Shown here one piece after another: positions 24,238 to 38,261 of a DNA stretch of 64,000 nucleotides. Position 1 is the first letter of the stretch. Every line of letters begins with the position of its first letter. This DNA is from Azolla caroliniana. Lineage: Eukaryota > Plantae > Polypodiophyta. The stretch covers positions 7,874,001 through 7,938,000 of the forward strand of contig JBHGNT010000005.1 of NCBI GenBank assembly GCA_043228905.1. Direction: 5' to 3'. A model generated the notes under the pieces. The model did not search any database, was not told where the DNA came from, and saw only the letters and a program-made list of their open reading frames with translations. The position numbers and the translations under genes were made by a program.

Positions 24238-24764
24238 GTAAAGAACGACAACAAGAAGTGTGTGGGCATTGGCTTTCATTAGTGTCAATGTAAAAAGCGG
24301 CCGAGGAATCCCACCTCAGATACAGGAAGTCTCTCTTTGTAAATAAGAAAATGCCGACAAGCGCTCGAAAGAAGAGTATGCAAACATCATATAGGAGGGT
24401 GTAAAGGCGTGGCATCTTGTATTCATGACCGACGACTGTGTGGTTGTGGGGTTTCGGTCCGGTCCAGTTCGGGTCTAAGTCAAGGCAATCATTGAGTGAG
24501 AAAATTCTCTCAACAACTCAATGAGTGCCTTGACTTACCCCGACTGGACCGAAACCCCACGGCCACACTGTCGTCAGTCGTGAATATAAGATGCCACACC
24601 TTACACTGTCCTATCTTATGTTTGCATACTCTTCTTTCGATCTTTTGTCAGCATTTCTTGTTTACTAAGAGAGACTCCCTTGTCTTTGAGATGGGATTCC
24701 TCTACCGCCTTTTATATTGACACTAACCAGAACCAATACGCACGCATTTTTTGTCGTTCTTCAC
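24238..24764. repeat. Long imperfect palindrome / foldback element (~260-bp arms, almost no loop)
   Basis: Left arm aagaacgaca...gaagagtatgcaaacat...aagtcaaggca.tcattgag is the reverse complement of right arm ctcaatga.tgccttgactt...atgtttgcatactcttc...tgtcgttctt; centre near 24503. Confidence 0.92.
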
Positions 24765-25462
24765 TTGTTTGCTCTTTGACTCCATATGTTCTAGAAGATA
24801 TTGCTTATGTGCATCATGTGTATGCTTACCTAACAACCTATGTTACTCCATTTATTGCACAACTCAAACCACCTTTCCATGTCTCCTAGCTCGATGGATG
24901 ATTTCAAGGAACTATCTTGCACCTTTTCTAGAGTATTCATAAGTTCAAAACATTTTTATAAAGTTTTATAAAACAGCTCGCATAATATAACAATAATCTT
25001 GACCATCACCTATTATGATTTCCTAAAAGTAAAAAACGTTAACCCTAGAAATAGCACTCAAACACAACCAATGACGAAATTACTTTTCAAGTAAGCAATG
25101 CATTTCACATGCTCTCTGTGCTTTTCCACGATACCTTTGTTGACATTTTGGACAATTAGTCATTGCTTCAAATTGACATGCAATAACGGGTTTTTCTGTA
25201 CAAGGAAAAAGCTATACAATTTGTTGCCATTGTTGTACTGGTGCATTTTGTTGTTGCTTGATTGAATTTGGTCCCCCAAACCATGTTCATTGATGATTCA
25301 AAGGTTTGGTGCATGGATGAGGGGACGTCAAAGTTGAAGGTGCTCTATGTCACATTATTCTCATCAACCTCCACTCAAGTAGGCTTTTTGTCGAGATGCC
25401 AAGCCTACCTAAAACATTGATTGATGGATACACTTCCATGCACGTAAAGAACAATCTCGACT

Positions 25463-25499
<37 letters not shown>

Positions 25500-27399
25500 T
25501 GTGTGTGTGTGTTCATGCATGCGTGTCCACACAAACAATGAATAATGTTCTAATGTAGTTTCCTTTGGCATCTCGTACCCAAATTTCATTTGCCATTTTG
25601 TTTCCTTTCTTTGGATATGTTTGGTTAAAGTTGATTGATGCCAAAACATTGAAATCATGTTGATACCCATAATGAGATTCATCACAATATACACATTTTC
25701 CATATTATTGACATGATTTCATAACAAGGTAGGAGATATGTGATTCCTTTCGAGGATCTCAATTGTCATATAATGAATTGCCATAAAATCTAATCACATG
25801 TAGCATGATGATGTAATAATGATGCCTTTCTATGTCATATGACGTGTCACTTACGATAAGTAGCAACAATATGTAATTAGACATGTCTTGATATGTTCAC
25901 TTGTAGTTTTGAAATGATGTGTTGTGCATAATAAATATTTTTAAAAAACATGATTTCGTACAATAGAAATGGATAGAAGACGAGATATGATCCAATTAGG
26001 TAAATTGATTTTTTATAGAAATAAGATAAGAAAAAAAATGTCATGACATCTTAGTTCAATGGGTGCGTTGATGCACATGTTTTGTGTGTTGGTAGATTTT
26101 CAAAAGGCACATAACCTTCGTGCACGCATACCACTTAAAGCATCCAAGGAAAATTACTATCAATGACCGATTTGTGGCATTTCATGATGTACATATTTGA
26201 AACAATATTGCTTGGGCCCTTGATAATAATAAAAAGATACGGATGAAATGAATAAGATTGTGTTACACAATGTCTACAACAACCAGTAATTAATTGCCAG
26301 GAATATATTTATAACTATTGTAATTAGCATAGTATTGTGATTAGTGAGGCGGTTAACATTATAAATGTTGCTAGTTCCAACAACTAATTAATATTAATGT
26401 CGCAAGTGGCAATATACTACTCCAATTCTAGTCACCAGATTTTTATTGTGTTAAATAAGGTAATCAATAATGTTATCGTTACTCGTAATAATTATTAGTA
26501 TTAAGATCAATATTGTGATTGGCAATGTGATCAGGCACTGATGAAAATGTTAATATTTGGAATTGTATTATATTAGCACTTGTTGCAATGCTAATTGCCA
26601 AAATTAGCTTTAATGCTAATTATATCATTCTTATTAGCATTGTTATGAGCACATCTCCTCTAATGAATGATTGGGTTTTGGAGGAATGGACTTGCAAAAT
26701 ATTAAAATACAATTATATAAGTGATGCAAGGTTGCTTTCTAACTAAGAGGTAGGAGTGTAGAACCTATATAAGCCATGATAAGAGGGGTATTACACATAT
26801 TTTCCCAAATTTCTATTAAGGAAGGAGGAGATAAGCATGAAGGTAGAGGGCCGAGGCGCGTAGTTAACCTGATTGTGTCAGCAAGTGCATTTTTGACGGT
26901 GATTTCATTCAAGTATACATTATGATGAAGACTCGACACCAAAGAAAACTTTTGCTAAGTTTCTAATGTTGCGAAGTGTTTCTTTCAACCTTAATTATGT
27001 CACAGTATAATAATGAGTATATCGTACACACGCTTTGAGTCCATGACAATGATAATGTTGGTTACTATTAAATTCAATGAAACAATGATACCGAGTACCC
27101 TTTTGTGTACAGGTGAATATCAAGTTTCCAACACGCGTTGCCACCACCTTTGCAGGTTGTAGTTATCGTGAAAACGATTTTTTAATTTGGTCAAGAGTTT
27201 CCTCCATGGGATGAACAACTTTGTCCAGCTTGTATTCAAAAGAAATTATACGATTCAAATGTTAGGAGACTAGTGTCCAAGCTACACTTATGTGTGTATG
27301 CATGACTAATGAATCCATGGATTGTTTAGAGTCACAAATGATTGACCATGCAAAAATTATGGTGACTTAATTATTGCGATCTTCATCCCATAGATTTTA

Positions 27400-27713
27400 G
27401 GGAAAAGTACCAGGATACCCCTGGAAGTTCGTCTATTTACCAGAATGCCCCTGAAAGTTCCAAATTTACCAAACTACCCCTATGTCCAAAAAATTACACT
27501 TTGTAAAGTAAGTATACACTCAAATCTTTGGTAAATAGGGCTAGTTCGGGTCCATTTCTTCCATCTTTGGTAAATAGGGCTTGTAGATTTGAGTGTATAA
27601 TTACTTTTATAAAGTGTAATTTTTTGGACATGGGGGTAGTTTGATAAATTTGGAACTTTTAGGTGCATTCTGGTAAATAGACGAACTTCTAGGGGTATCC
27701 TAATACTTTTCCC
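27400..27713. mobile_element. Mutator-like MITE with ~125-bp TIRs
   Basis: GGGAAAAGTA...TACTTTTCCC termini and long inverted arms. Flanks tagatttta / tagatattt resemble a degenerate 9-bp TSD. Confidence 0.8.
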
Positions 27714-28740
27714 TAGATATTTTATCATAAATTAGTAGAAAAGAAAAAATCTAGAGAAACTTTGGCCAAGGCCATATAAGAGTTGGACTTCATACTACCC
27801 ACATATACGAGGGCCACATTTGATACTCTCCTTTAAATTTAAGTGCTTATAATGATAAACTTGAATGTCAATTGTTATGCATTGGAGGGGTTGTGAATGA
27901 TACATGTTAGATTGTAGTTGGCAATAAAAGATATCATTAACAAACTAACAAATTTATTTCATGAGGTCCTAGATTGATGTAAAGTAGAGCAAAGTACAGA
28001 GAATAAATTTGTGTGGGCGCGGTGGAAGACACATTTATATGGACACGATCCATCTTCTTGAATGAGTTTTGTTTCGTTTAATGCGTGTTGATGCGATGAT
28101 AGGTGATAATTGAAATCGTGACAATAAAGTAAAACAAACCATAATACGAAGTCTTGGGTTTATACAAGTCTTGTCCCTTCGCCATTCCAATGTATACTCG
28201 GAAATGTAGCTAGATTTGACCATGGAAGTATGGTTGGTTATGATTATAGCGACCCTAAGGTACCTTCCTTACACATACATGATGTTTTAAAGTATGGTTA
28301 TCTCATTCTTCAATAATCAATTCATGGAGAAATTTAGTATGCACATTCTCTTAAAATATGTACTTGAGACTTTGTCAATGCGAGGTGTTACAAAATAAAG
28401 AGCAAAAAAACAAGCCCTTCAAAAATATTAGATGTACATGGAATGTCAATCCAGAGGGCCATGGCAATTATTGTGTTTTAATTGAAGACGCGGTCATGCA
28501 AATGCAATTAACAATTGGTTCACGAGAAGGTGAGGAAGGCTCGTGCTTATCCACCTTCCTCCCTAGATTTGAAAGTAAACTTTGGAAAGAAGGGGGGGGG
28601 GGGGGGTGGTATGACTTTAGTTTGATGACTACGCATCCCGAAAATTGTCGTTCCCCACGCCACGATGGACATTGGAAACATAGATATCATAGGAATTGCA
28701 ATGCAATAAAAACAAACGTGAATTGATATAACGAAAAATT

Positions 28741-29103
28741 CACACACACACACGCGCGCGCGCGCGCATGCCATGACACCATTGGTAGGAGGGTGGCAAT
28801 GATATGTCACTGGACAAAATTAGGCGATTTCGATACGGCCGGGAAAGGAACCTGAGATTCGAAGGGAGGAACGTGGTATAGTATTGTATTTTTGTTTTGA
28901 TTTGGTGGGCCGATGGAGCCGCAAGGGTAACGGGCGGGCGGGACGGACGGACGGACGGACGGATGGACACATTGGGTACGGACAGCAGCAGGATTGCGTG
29001 CGGTCGAAGAAGAAGAAAAAGAAGGTGTTATTGAAATAGTCATGAAAACTGATTGACCAAAGAAATAGTAGTAAATAAAAAGACGTCGAGATTCGAGAGA
29101 GAG

Positions 29104-29169
<66 letters not shown>

Positions 29170-29301
29170 GAGGCGTAAAACTTTGAATTGAATTGAATTG
29201 AATGAAATGGAATGGGCCAACCCCCAAATTAAAATAAATAATAAGAGTAAATAAATTACTCTTCCTCTCTATGCAAGCATGCATGCATGCATGCATGTAT
29301 G

Positions 29302-29335
<34 letters not shown>

Positions 29336-29449
29336 TAACAGTTGTCAGTATATATATAGCTGTGGGTATGTGTGGACATGGCCATTGCTTCTTCTTCACA
29401 CTCCACTCACTAACTGATCTCTCTCTCTCTCTCCACCCAACCACACAGA

Positions 29450-29485
<36 letters not shown>
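28741..29485. repeat. Dense microsatellite cluster upstream of OPR copy 1: (CA)n(CG)n, (GACG)n, (GA)n, (ATGC)n, (ATGT)n, (CT)n
   Basis: Directly visible. Confidence 0.92.
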
Positions 29486-29486
<1 letters not shown>

Positions 29487-29603
29487 CATCCAGCCACACA
29501 GAAGGAAGAGGCACAGAAAGAGAAGGTCGCAAAGAGAGAGGTAAGACAAAAGACAAAGAAAGAGAGAGAGCCGACACAGAAGATCCGCTTAGCTAGTTAG
29601 ACT

Positions 29604-31773
<2,170 letters not shown>

Positions 31774-32841
31774 AGAAGTCTAATATAATAAATATACAAT
31801 AACTGAGGAGTACCCCCACGATCTCCATCATAATAAGACATACCCTGAATCAGATAATGTGTGGCTTTGCCCCTTTTGTTTGCTATTGTATCTGTATAAA
31901 TTTATAATATGTCTCCATGAATTCTACAAGACACATAATGGAAAGAGAGAATTGCCAACAACAACATCACAGGAATGTTGAATCACTTCCCATGACGAAG
32001 AATTGTGGTCCCTTCATTATTCTATTCATGCAATCTAATTCATACCAATAATTGACGATTCAATAAGAAAATTTATAAATAATTAACACGAATGCATTGA
32101 CAATTTTAATATGTCCAATTCCACTTCATATGTCATGACGAAACTTTTTCATCAAGAATTTATCCCTTTGACCATCCACTAGTTCAAAGCCAATGACCCT
32201 TACTTTCCTGTCACTGTCTTGTTCTGCCACTTTGGATCTGAAGTGGCCAAACCCTATTAGCGTGAATAGTCATTTTTACTCATACAAATATCTCTACATG
32301 ACCCCCTAACCCTTTCAACCTTTCGAACGCTCTTTTGGACAAACTGGCCAAAGGAACAACATCAAAAGGACCCATACCTGTAAAATGCACACATTATTAA
32401 ACCCAAATGCCAACGAAAGAATACCTTATTAATAATGTCATGTATGGATTTAGTTTAGAGGGGGCAATGACAGGCATGGTGGGAGGTGATGTGTCACGAG
32501 GCTTTTATTCTTCTTTGGGCCCAATGGGACAAAATGTTGTTTCCATGGACCAAGTTTAGCTTACAAAGATGCTTGGTCCATGGAGACAACATTTAAAGCT
32601 CGATGTTGAGGACATCTTGACTAGGGCTCATTAAGATCAAATGAGTGAAAAAAGTACTAAAATTTATTCTATAATAAGCCACATATACAAATAATTTTAT
32701 TTAATTTAAAAAAATATAAATAAATTATTACTATATAAAGGAAAGTCATCTTCTCATTGTCATTATCGCGTTCAAGATTTCAAGAGCTCAAGAGCATACT
32801 AGGTATCTCACACTCTTAGTTTTCGTCTCTTGACGAGGATT

Positions 32842-35800
32842 TTAAGATTGTGAACGAGAAGCACGATCTGGGATAATATGGTTCAGAATGTCTTGGGCGA
32901 ATTCATCAGTCTCAATATGCTCCCGAATGGAGTCCAGAAGACTTGAATCCCCAGGTGTGTCTATAGCATGAAATGCCATTAGCCGTAGATGGTCAGGACC
33001 CAAGAGGATTTGCTTCTGACTTTCAAATGCGGCCTCTCTTGGTTGAAGTTCCATATGCGAACGCTGAGATAAAGCATCTACTTTTCCTTATTGCGTCCCA
33101 GGGCGATATAGAATTACGAAATCAAAACGAGTTAAGAACTGCGCCCAACGAGCTTGTCGATGACTCAAGACTCAAGCACTTTGGAAGTATGTTAGATTTT
33201 TGTGATAATTATAGACAATGATTTGTTGAGACGAACCCTCCAAAAAATCACAAGGAGTTATGGACCCTCCAAAAAATGACGCCATTGTTGAAAAGAATCC
33301 ACAATGGCAAGAAGCTCTTTGTCGTGAATCTCATAGTTGATTTTTGCAACGTTGAATTTCTGTGAATGAAAAGCCACACGGTGTAGTTGGCCATCATTGC
33401 TAATATGGGATAATACGCTTCCTAGTGCGAAGTTAGACGCATTAGCTTCGAGTATAACGCTCTTCAATGGATCAACATGCATCAAAATTGGTGCGGATGT
33501 AAATGCTTGCTTTAATCCTTCAAATGCAGAGTTTGCATTTATACTCCACACAAATGGTCGATTCTTTTGTGTCAGTTGAGTGAGGGGCAATACGATCTTT
33601 GAATAATCTTTGATGAACTTGCAATAAAAGTTTGCGAACCCCAAAAAACATTGTACATCTCACACAGATTGTGGTGTTTGCCAATCCAAAATTGTTTGAA
33701 CCTTTGCTAGATCCATAGAGATGCCATGTGAAGAGACTATGTACCCCAAAAATTCCACTTGACGCTAGTCGAAACTACACTTCTCCAATTTTGCATAGAG
33801 ACCATATTCATGCAACTGTTGCAAAGCTTGTTGAACGTGTATATCATGATCCTCTTGAGTTTTTGAGTAGATCAAGATATCATCCAGGTAAACTATGACG
33901 AAAATATCGAGGAAATCTCGAAAAATGTCATTCGCCATATGTTGGAAAACTGTTGGTGCATTCGTGAGACCAAATGGCATCATTGTATACTCAAAATGGC
34001 CATAGCGAGTACGGAAAGCAGTCTTCCATTCATCCCCAGGACGAATTCGAACAAGGTTGTAAGCACCTCGAAGATCTAACTTTGTGAAATACTTAGCTTT
34101 GCTGAGGCGTTCCAGAAGGCTTGAAATCAATGGTAGAGCATATCGGTTTCGAATAGTTACTTTATTCAATCCTCGATAATCCACGACTAGGTGAAGTGAA
34201 CCATCTTTCTTCTTAACGAAAAATATGGGTGCGCCGGCAGGAGATCTTGAATGTTGGATAAACCCATTCGCCAAGTTCTCATCGATATATTCCCGAAGAA
34301 CCTCTAGCTCCGTGGGCGAAAGGTTATAAATTGGCCCCCATGGAGGCTCTTTTCTGGGCTGCAAATCAATCGGGCAATCATATGGTTGATGCTTTGGTAG
34401 TCTATTGGCCTTCACCTTATCAAACACATCGGAGAATTCTATATATTTCTTCAGTAGTTGGACCCTCGATTCTTGTGAGCTTGATGTGGGAGTTGCTAAA
34501 ACTGCAAACACCAACATGTCTTCCTTTCGTCCTTCCTCACGTAGCTGATGTATAGAGATTGTCGAAATCTTTTGGAATGTCATGTCCTTTGTTGGAGTTT
34601 TAAGAGACTCAGATTGTATTGTGACCTCTTCAATGGTTCTTTTTCTCCAATCAATAGTTGGGTTATATAGCTCAAACCATGGAAGACCAAGAACTAGGGA
34701 GTGCTCTGGACTACTAATGATGTTGAATGAGATGACACTGCCCAAATTGCCTAGGAGTACACGAATTGGTTCAGACTCTTCAACAATATCACCTGATGCT
34801 ATGGGGCGTCCATCAATGACTTTGACAGACACTAGGCTTGGGGGCTTATGCAACTGAATATTATGCATTACAGCAAACTCACAATCCATGAAACAAGAGT
34901 TGGCTCTAGAGTCTAAGAGGGCAGAAGCTAGGACTTGATGACAACTAGATGTGTTAACCTCAACTTGTGTAGAGAAAACTCAACTAACTTGACCGGATGA
35001 AATGGGACCACAACTAGGGACAGATGTTATATGCCTAGGGATTTCCAACCAAATGGCTCCGATTTTGGCTGGACTTACTCGTTTAACACATCATCTAATT
35101 GACTCAAGACATCAAATGTATTTTTATGACAGGGACTACTAGGCCTACTTGGGTTATGAGAAGGTGGGGCAGAAATTGAGATGGGATTGTCATGAGCACT
35201 TATTTGGTTAACTTGTCATCGTGGTTTATGTGGATAATTCACAACAATATGCCCTGGACCACCACAATAGAGGCATAAACGATTCGCTCGCCATTGTTGC
35301 TTTTCAGCATCCGATAATGGTCCTTGACGTCGTGTTGTCTTGATTTCCATTGGAGTAGGGCCTTCCACCAAACTTGACTTTGATACTTGGGGTGGAGTTG
35401 CGACCACCGAAGCATATGTTTCAGTTGGTCGGAAGCATAACATTTGTTGGCGCTCAGAACACCGCTCAAATAAGCGATTGTCACATCGCACGGCTCGACT
35501 TACTGCTTCAGTAAGAGATTTTGGACCATCATGGAAGGTAAGAAGTAAATCCTTCACATCATTGCATACACCTTGACGAAATTGGTCCATTAACGCTGCC
35601 TCGTCCCATGGAATATCACATGCTATAAGGTGAAAATCTGCAGCATAAGCAGAAGCAAGATGATCTCCTTGTCGTAATCGCCGAATTTTGTTTATTGTGG
35701 TCCTCATACTATCGGTGTCTCCAAAGTTGGCCTGGAAATCATTAATAAACCCTTCAAAATCTTCTAATAATGGTGAGTGCTTCTCTAGGAGTGGTGCAAA

Positions 35801-36193
35801 CCATGCTAGTACGGTACCTGTTAACAAGGTACCAACTAGTCATACGGGACCAACATCAATTGGGTAACGGCTAGGATGCAATTTAATCACAAGCCTTACC
35901 TGATTTAAAAATCCACAAAATTGAGACCTTGTACCATCAAACTTGGTTGGTAGACTAATCTTTGGTTCTTTCGGTGAAGTTTGAACTTCCACCACTTGTC
36001 GATGCAGTAGAGTAGCCTCCAATTGATGCACCCGTTGAGATAACTCTTCAAATTGTTGTACCTTCTCAGCACTTACTTGTTGTAGGTCACCTAGCAATCT
36101 GTGATTTTCTTGCTCCAGGGCCACGAATTAGGTTGTTAGCATATCGAGTTCGGAGAGAATGTGCATATATTCTTGCTTGATGACGGACTCCAT
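32842..36193 (-). mobile_element. Decayed Ty3/Gypsy element (chromovirus/Tcn1-like): gag-protease-RT-RNase H, truncated before integrase
   Basis: Gag PKEPKISLPTKFDG, GPTPME and CLYCGGPGH; protease LLDSRANSCF (DSG degenerate); RT KLDLRGAYNLVRI, KTAFRTRYGHFEY and YLDD; RNase H NYEIHDKELLAIV. Multiple stops and frameshifts. Confidence 0.92.
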
Positions 36194-36249
36194 AGTTACG
36201 AGAGAGATTTGCTAGATTTGCTTAAATAAGTTTAAGAGAAGAAGAAGAA

Positions 36250-37248
36250 GAAATTGGAGAAGGAGGAAGACGACCGCGTGCCGACACCACTGGTACACGA
36301 ACACATACCGGAACCGGACCGAGTCGAAGAAGAGGATAACATGCCATACCCATATCCCAAGTACTAGTATGAACCAGACGCGGAGGCACATGTCTATGCC
36401 TTTTTAGAGACATGGGAGGACAACCATGTCTCACAAAGACTAATGGAAGCAGAAGTTGAACGATCGAAAATAGCAGAATTTGGCCTATCATTGGAAGGAC
36501 CGGCGGAGCGATGGCATGCTAAACATATGCCAGGGAGCTTCGCTCCATTTCAAGCACTGCGGGAGAAGTTCTTGCGGCAGTTTCACCGATAGGTGGCGCA
36601 ACAAGAGCTAGTCGGACTTTTCTATACTACGTTCCAAGAACCCAATGAAACCGTACCCCAATTTATCATCCAGTTCCAGAAGTTGCACAATCAACTAACG
36701 AGGGCACCCTTGGGGGATGAAGTTAAAGGCAATATTTCTAGCAGCTCTCCGGGAACCACTCTGAACTATGTTAGCAATGTTAGATTTTTGGACGAGTACA
36801 ATTGGCGGTCATTGACCGGGTACTCAAGATGGATCGGGCCCAGAACGGGAATTACATGGCTATGGGGGGCCCTACAATGCGCACTACCCAACAAGGAGGA
36901 CCTGTGATTCCGGGAGGTGGTTCAATGTACAACATGTCTAAACCCCACCATTCAATCGTAGAATGTACCATGTGGACACAATGCTTGTTGTGTCACTCAA
37001 AGACACACAACATGGACCGGTGTGAGTACAACTTATTGAACCAACAGGACGCGCTGGTAAGGAAAATCGAACCCCAAGAGGAACGGAGGCCGGATGATGA
37101 CTGGTACTGGAGAGAGGATAGGTACAGACCGGAGGGACGTTACCGATATGATGATTGAAGCAGAGAGAATTACTTCTAGGATCGTTACGAAAGGGACTAT
37201 TCTCCGGAGTACGACAAGAGACGTAGAGGAGACTGACGATATCCAGAC
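36250..37248 (+). mobile_element. Gag-like remnant of a second LTR retrotransposon
   Basis: Frameshifted peptides with retrotransposon-gag character (…QEPNETVPQFIIQFQKL…) and zinc-knuckle-like CLLCHSKTHNMDRC. Confidence 0.6.
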
Positions 37249-37850
37249 TGTTGAGATACTGGTCCCTCCGGATGGGGATCAGAGAAGCTTGAGAAGAATG
37301 AGCCAGATTGGAGTGATCCGGAAGGGGTCCGACTGGATCCGGTATGAATCGGAAGAGAGACATATTTGTAAATATGCTTCTTATGGGCCGTTGAGGCCAC
37401 ATTTGTAAATAGCCTATAGTATAAATATAACTAGGGCAAATGGGTAGTGGTAGAGTTGTTGCTATTATCATTCTTGTTGTACAGAGAGAGACAGAGAGGG
37501 AGAGAGATACAGAAAGCTTTTCTGTTGTAACTGCCGATTGGCGAAGATAGAGCTCGGGGTCGTTGCCTCTGAGTTTCACATTGTTGTACCTCTCCTTTAT
37601 AGTGATATTGTTTGGAGTTTTGAGAACTCCTGTGGTTTTTCCAGGTTAACATTCTATATCATCTTATTTATGTTTTCTGTTTCTTCCATCGTGTAGCTAG
37701 GACTCGGTTGTGGCTGAGCACTCCTTGTTTTTATTGAGCTGGTATCAGAGCATGGAAGATCCATTCGGCAACATGTTCAAGCTCACCGACTCCAACTACC
37801 CAATGTAGAAGTCAAAGATGAGGGACATGTTGGTGGTCAAAGATCTCTAA
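37249..37850 (+). mobile_element. Copia 5' LTR + PBS + start of gag (truncated)
   Basis: TGTTG start at 37249 (inferred), TATAAATA near 37420, tRNA-iMet PBS TGGTATCAGAGC at 37740-37751, then MEDPFGNMFKLTDSNYPM*KSKMRDML (Copia gag N-terminus). Confidence 0.75.
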
Positions 37851-37851
37851 C

Positions 37852-38261
37852 TGTTTGGAATAGTATTGAGACAGAGAGGAAATTAGTACTAATAGATGAA
37901 TATTAGTACTAAGAGGAAAAGAGGGTGCAGAACACTCGAGAGAAGGAGAGAGAGAGAGAGAGAGAATGATGATGACAATGATATATTATGTGAAAAGAAT
38001 ATACAAGGATGGCTAGGAGGCTTAAGAGTGGCATTGAATCGATTTGGTTTGAAATAATGCCTTGTGCCTCCTTTTATAGTGTTCTTAGGAATACTCCTGA
38101 AGTTTCTAGAGTGTTCCAGAGAAATCTGGAATATACATCAATTTTTGATAGTAAAACTTAAATGAAAATAATATCTTTCGTATTACACATATAGTCTAAT
38201 GGTTAAGAGCTCGACCCATGTAACATAAGGTCATGGGTTCGAGTCTTGGAATATCATGACA
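37852..38261 (-). mobile_element. 3' LTR of the chromovirus (TG...CA, ~410 bp)
   Basis: On the minus strand the PPT AAAGGGGGGATAG is followed immediately by TGTCA at 38261; TATAAAAG near 38075; probable end CCAAACA at 37852. Confidence 0.72.

Noticed and set aside
24238-24764. Conserved miRNA precursor (e.g. miR396 next to GIF)
   Set aside because: I recognised no conserved plant miRNA sequence, and the mismatch pattern looks like methylation decay of a DNA palindrome.
38190-38250. Functional tRNA gene
   Set aside because: A and B boxes are present, but acceptor and anticodon stems do not pair by eye, and it lies within an LTR.
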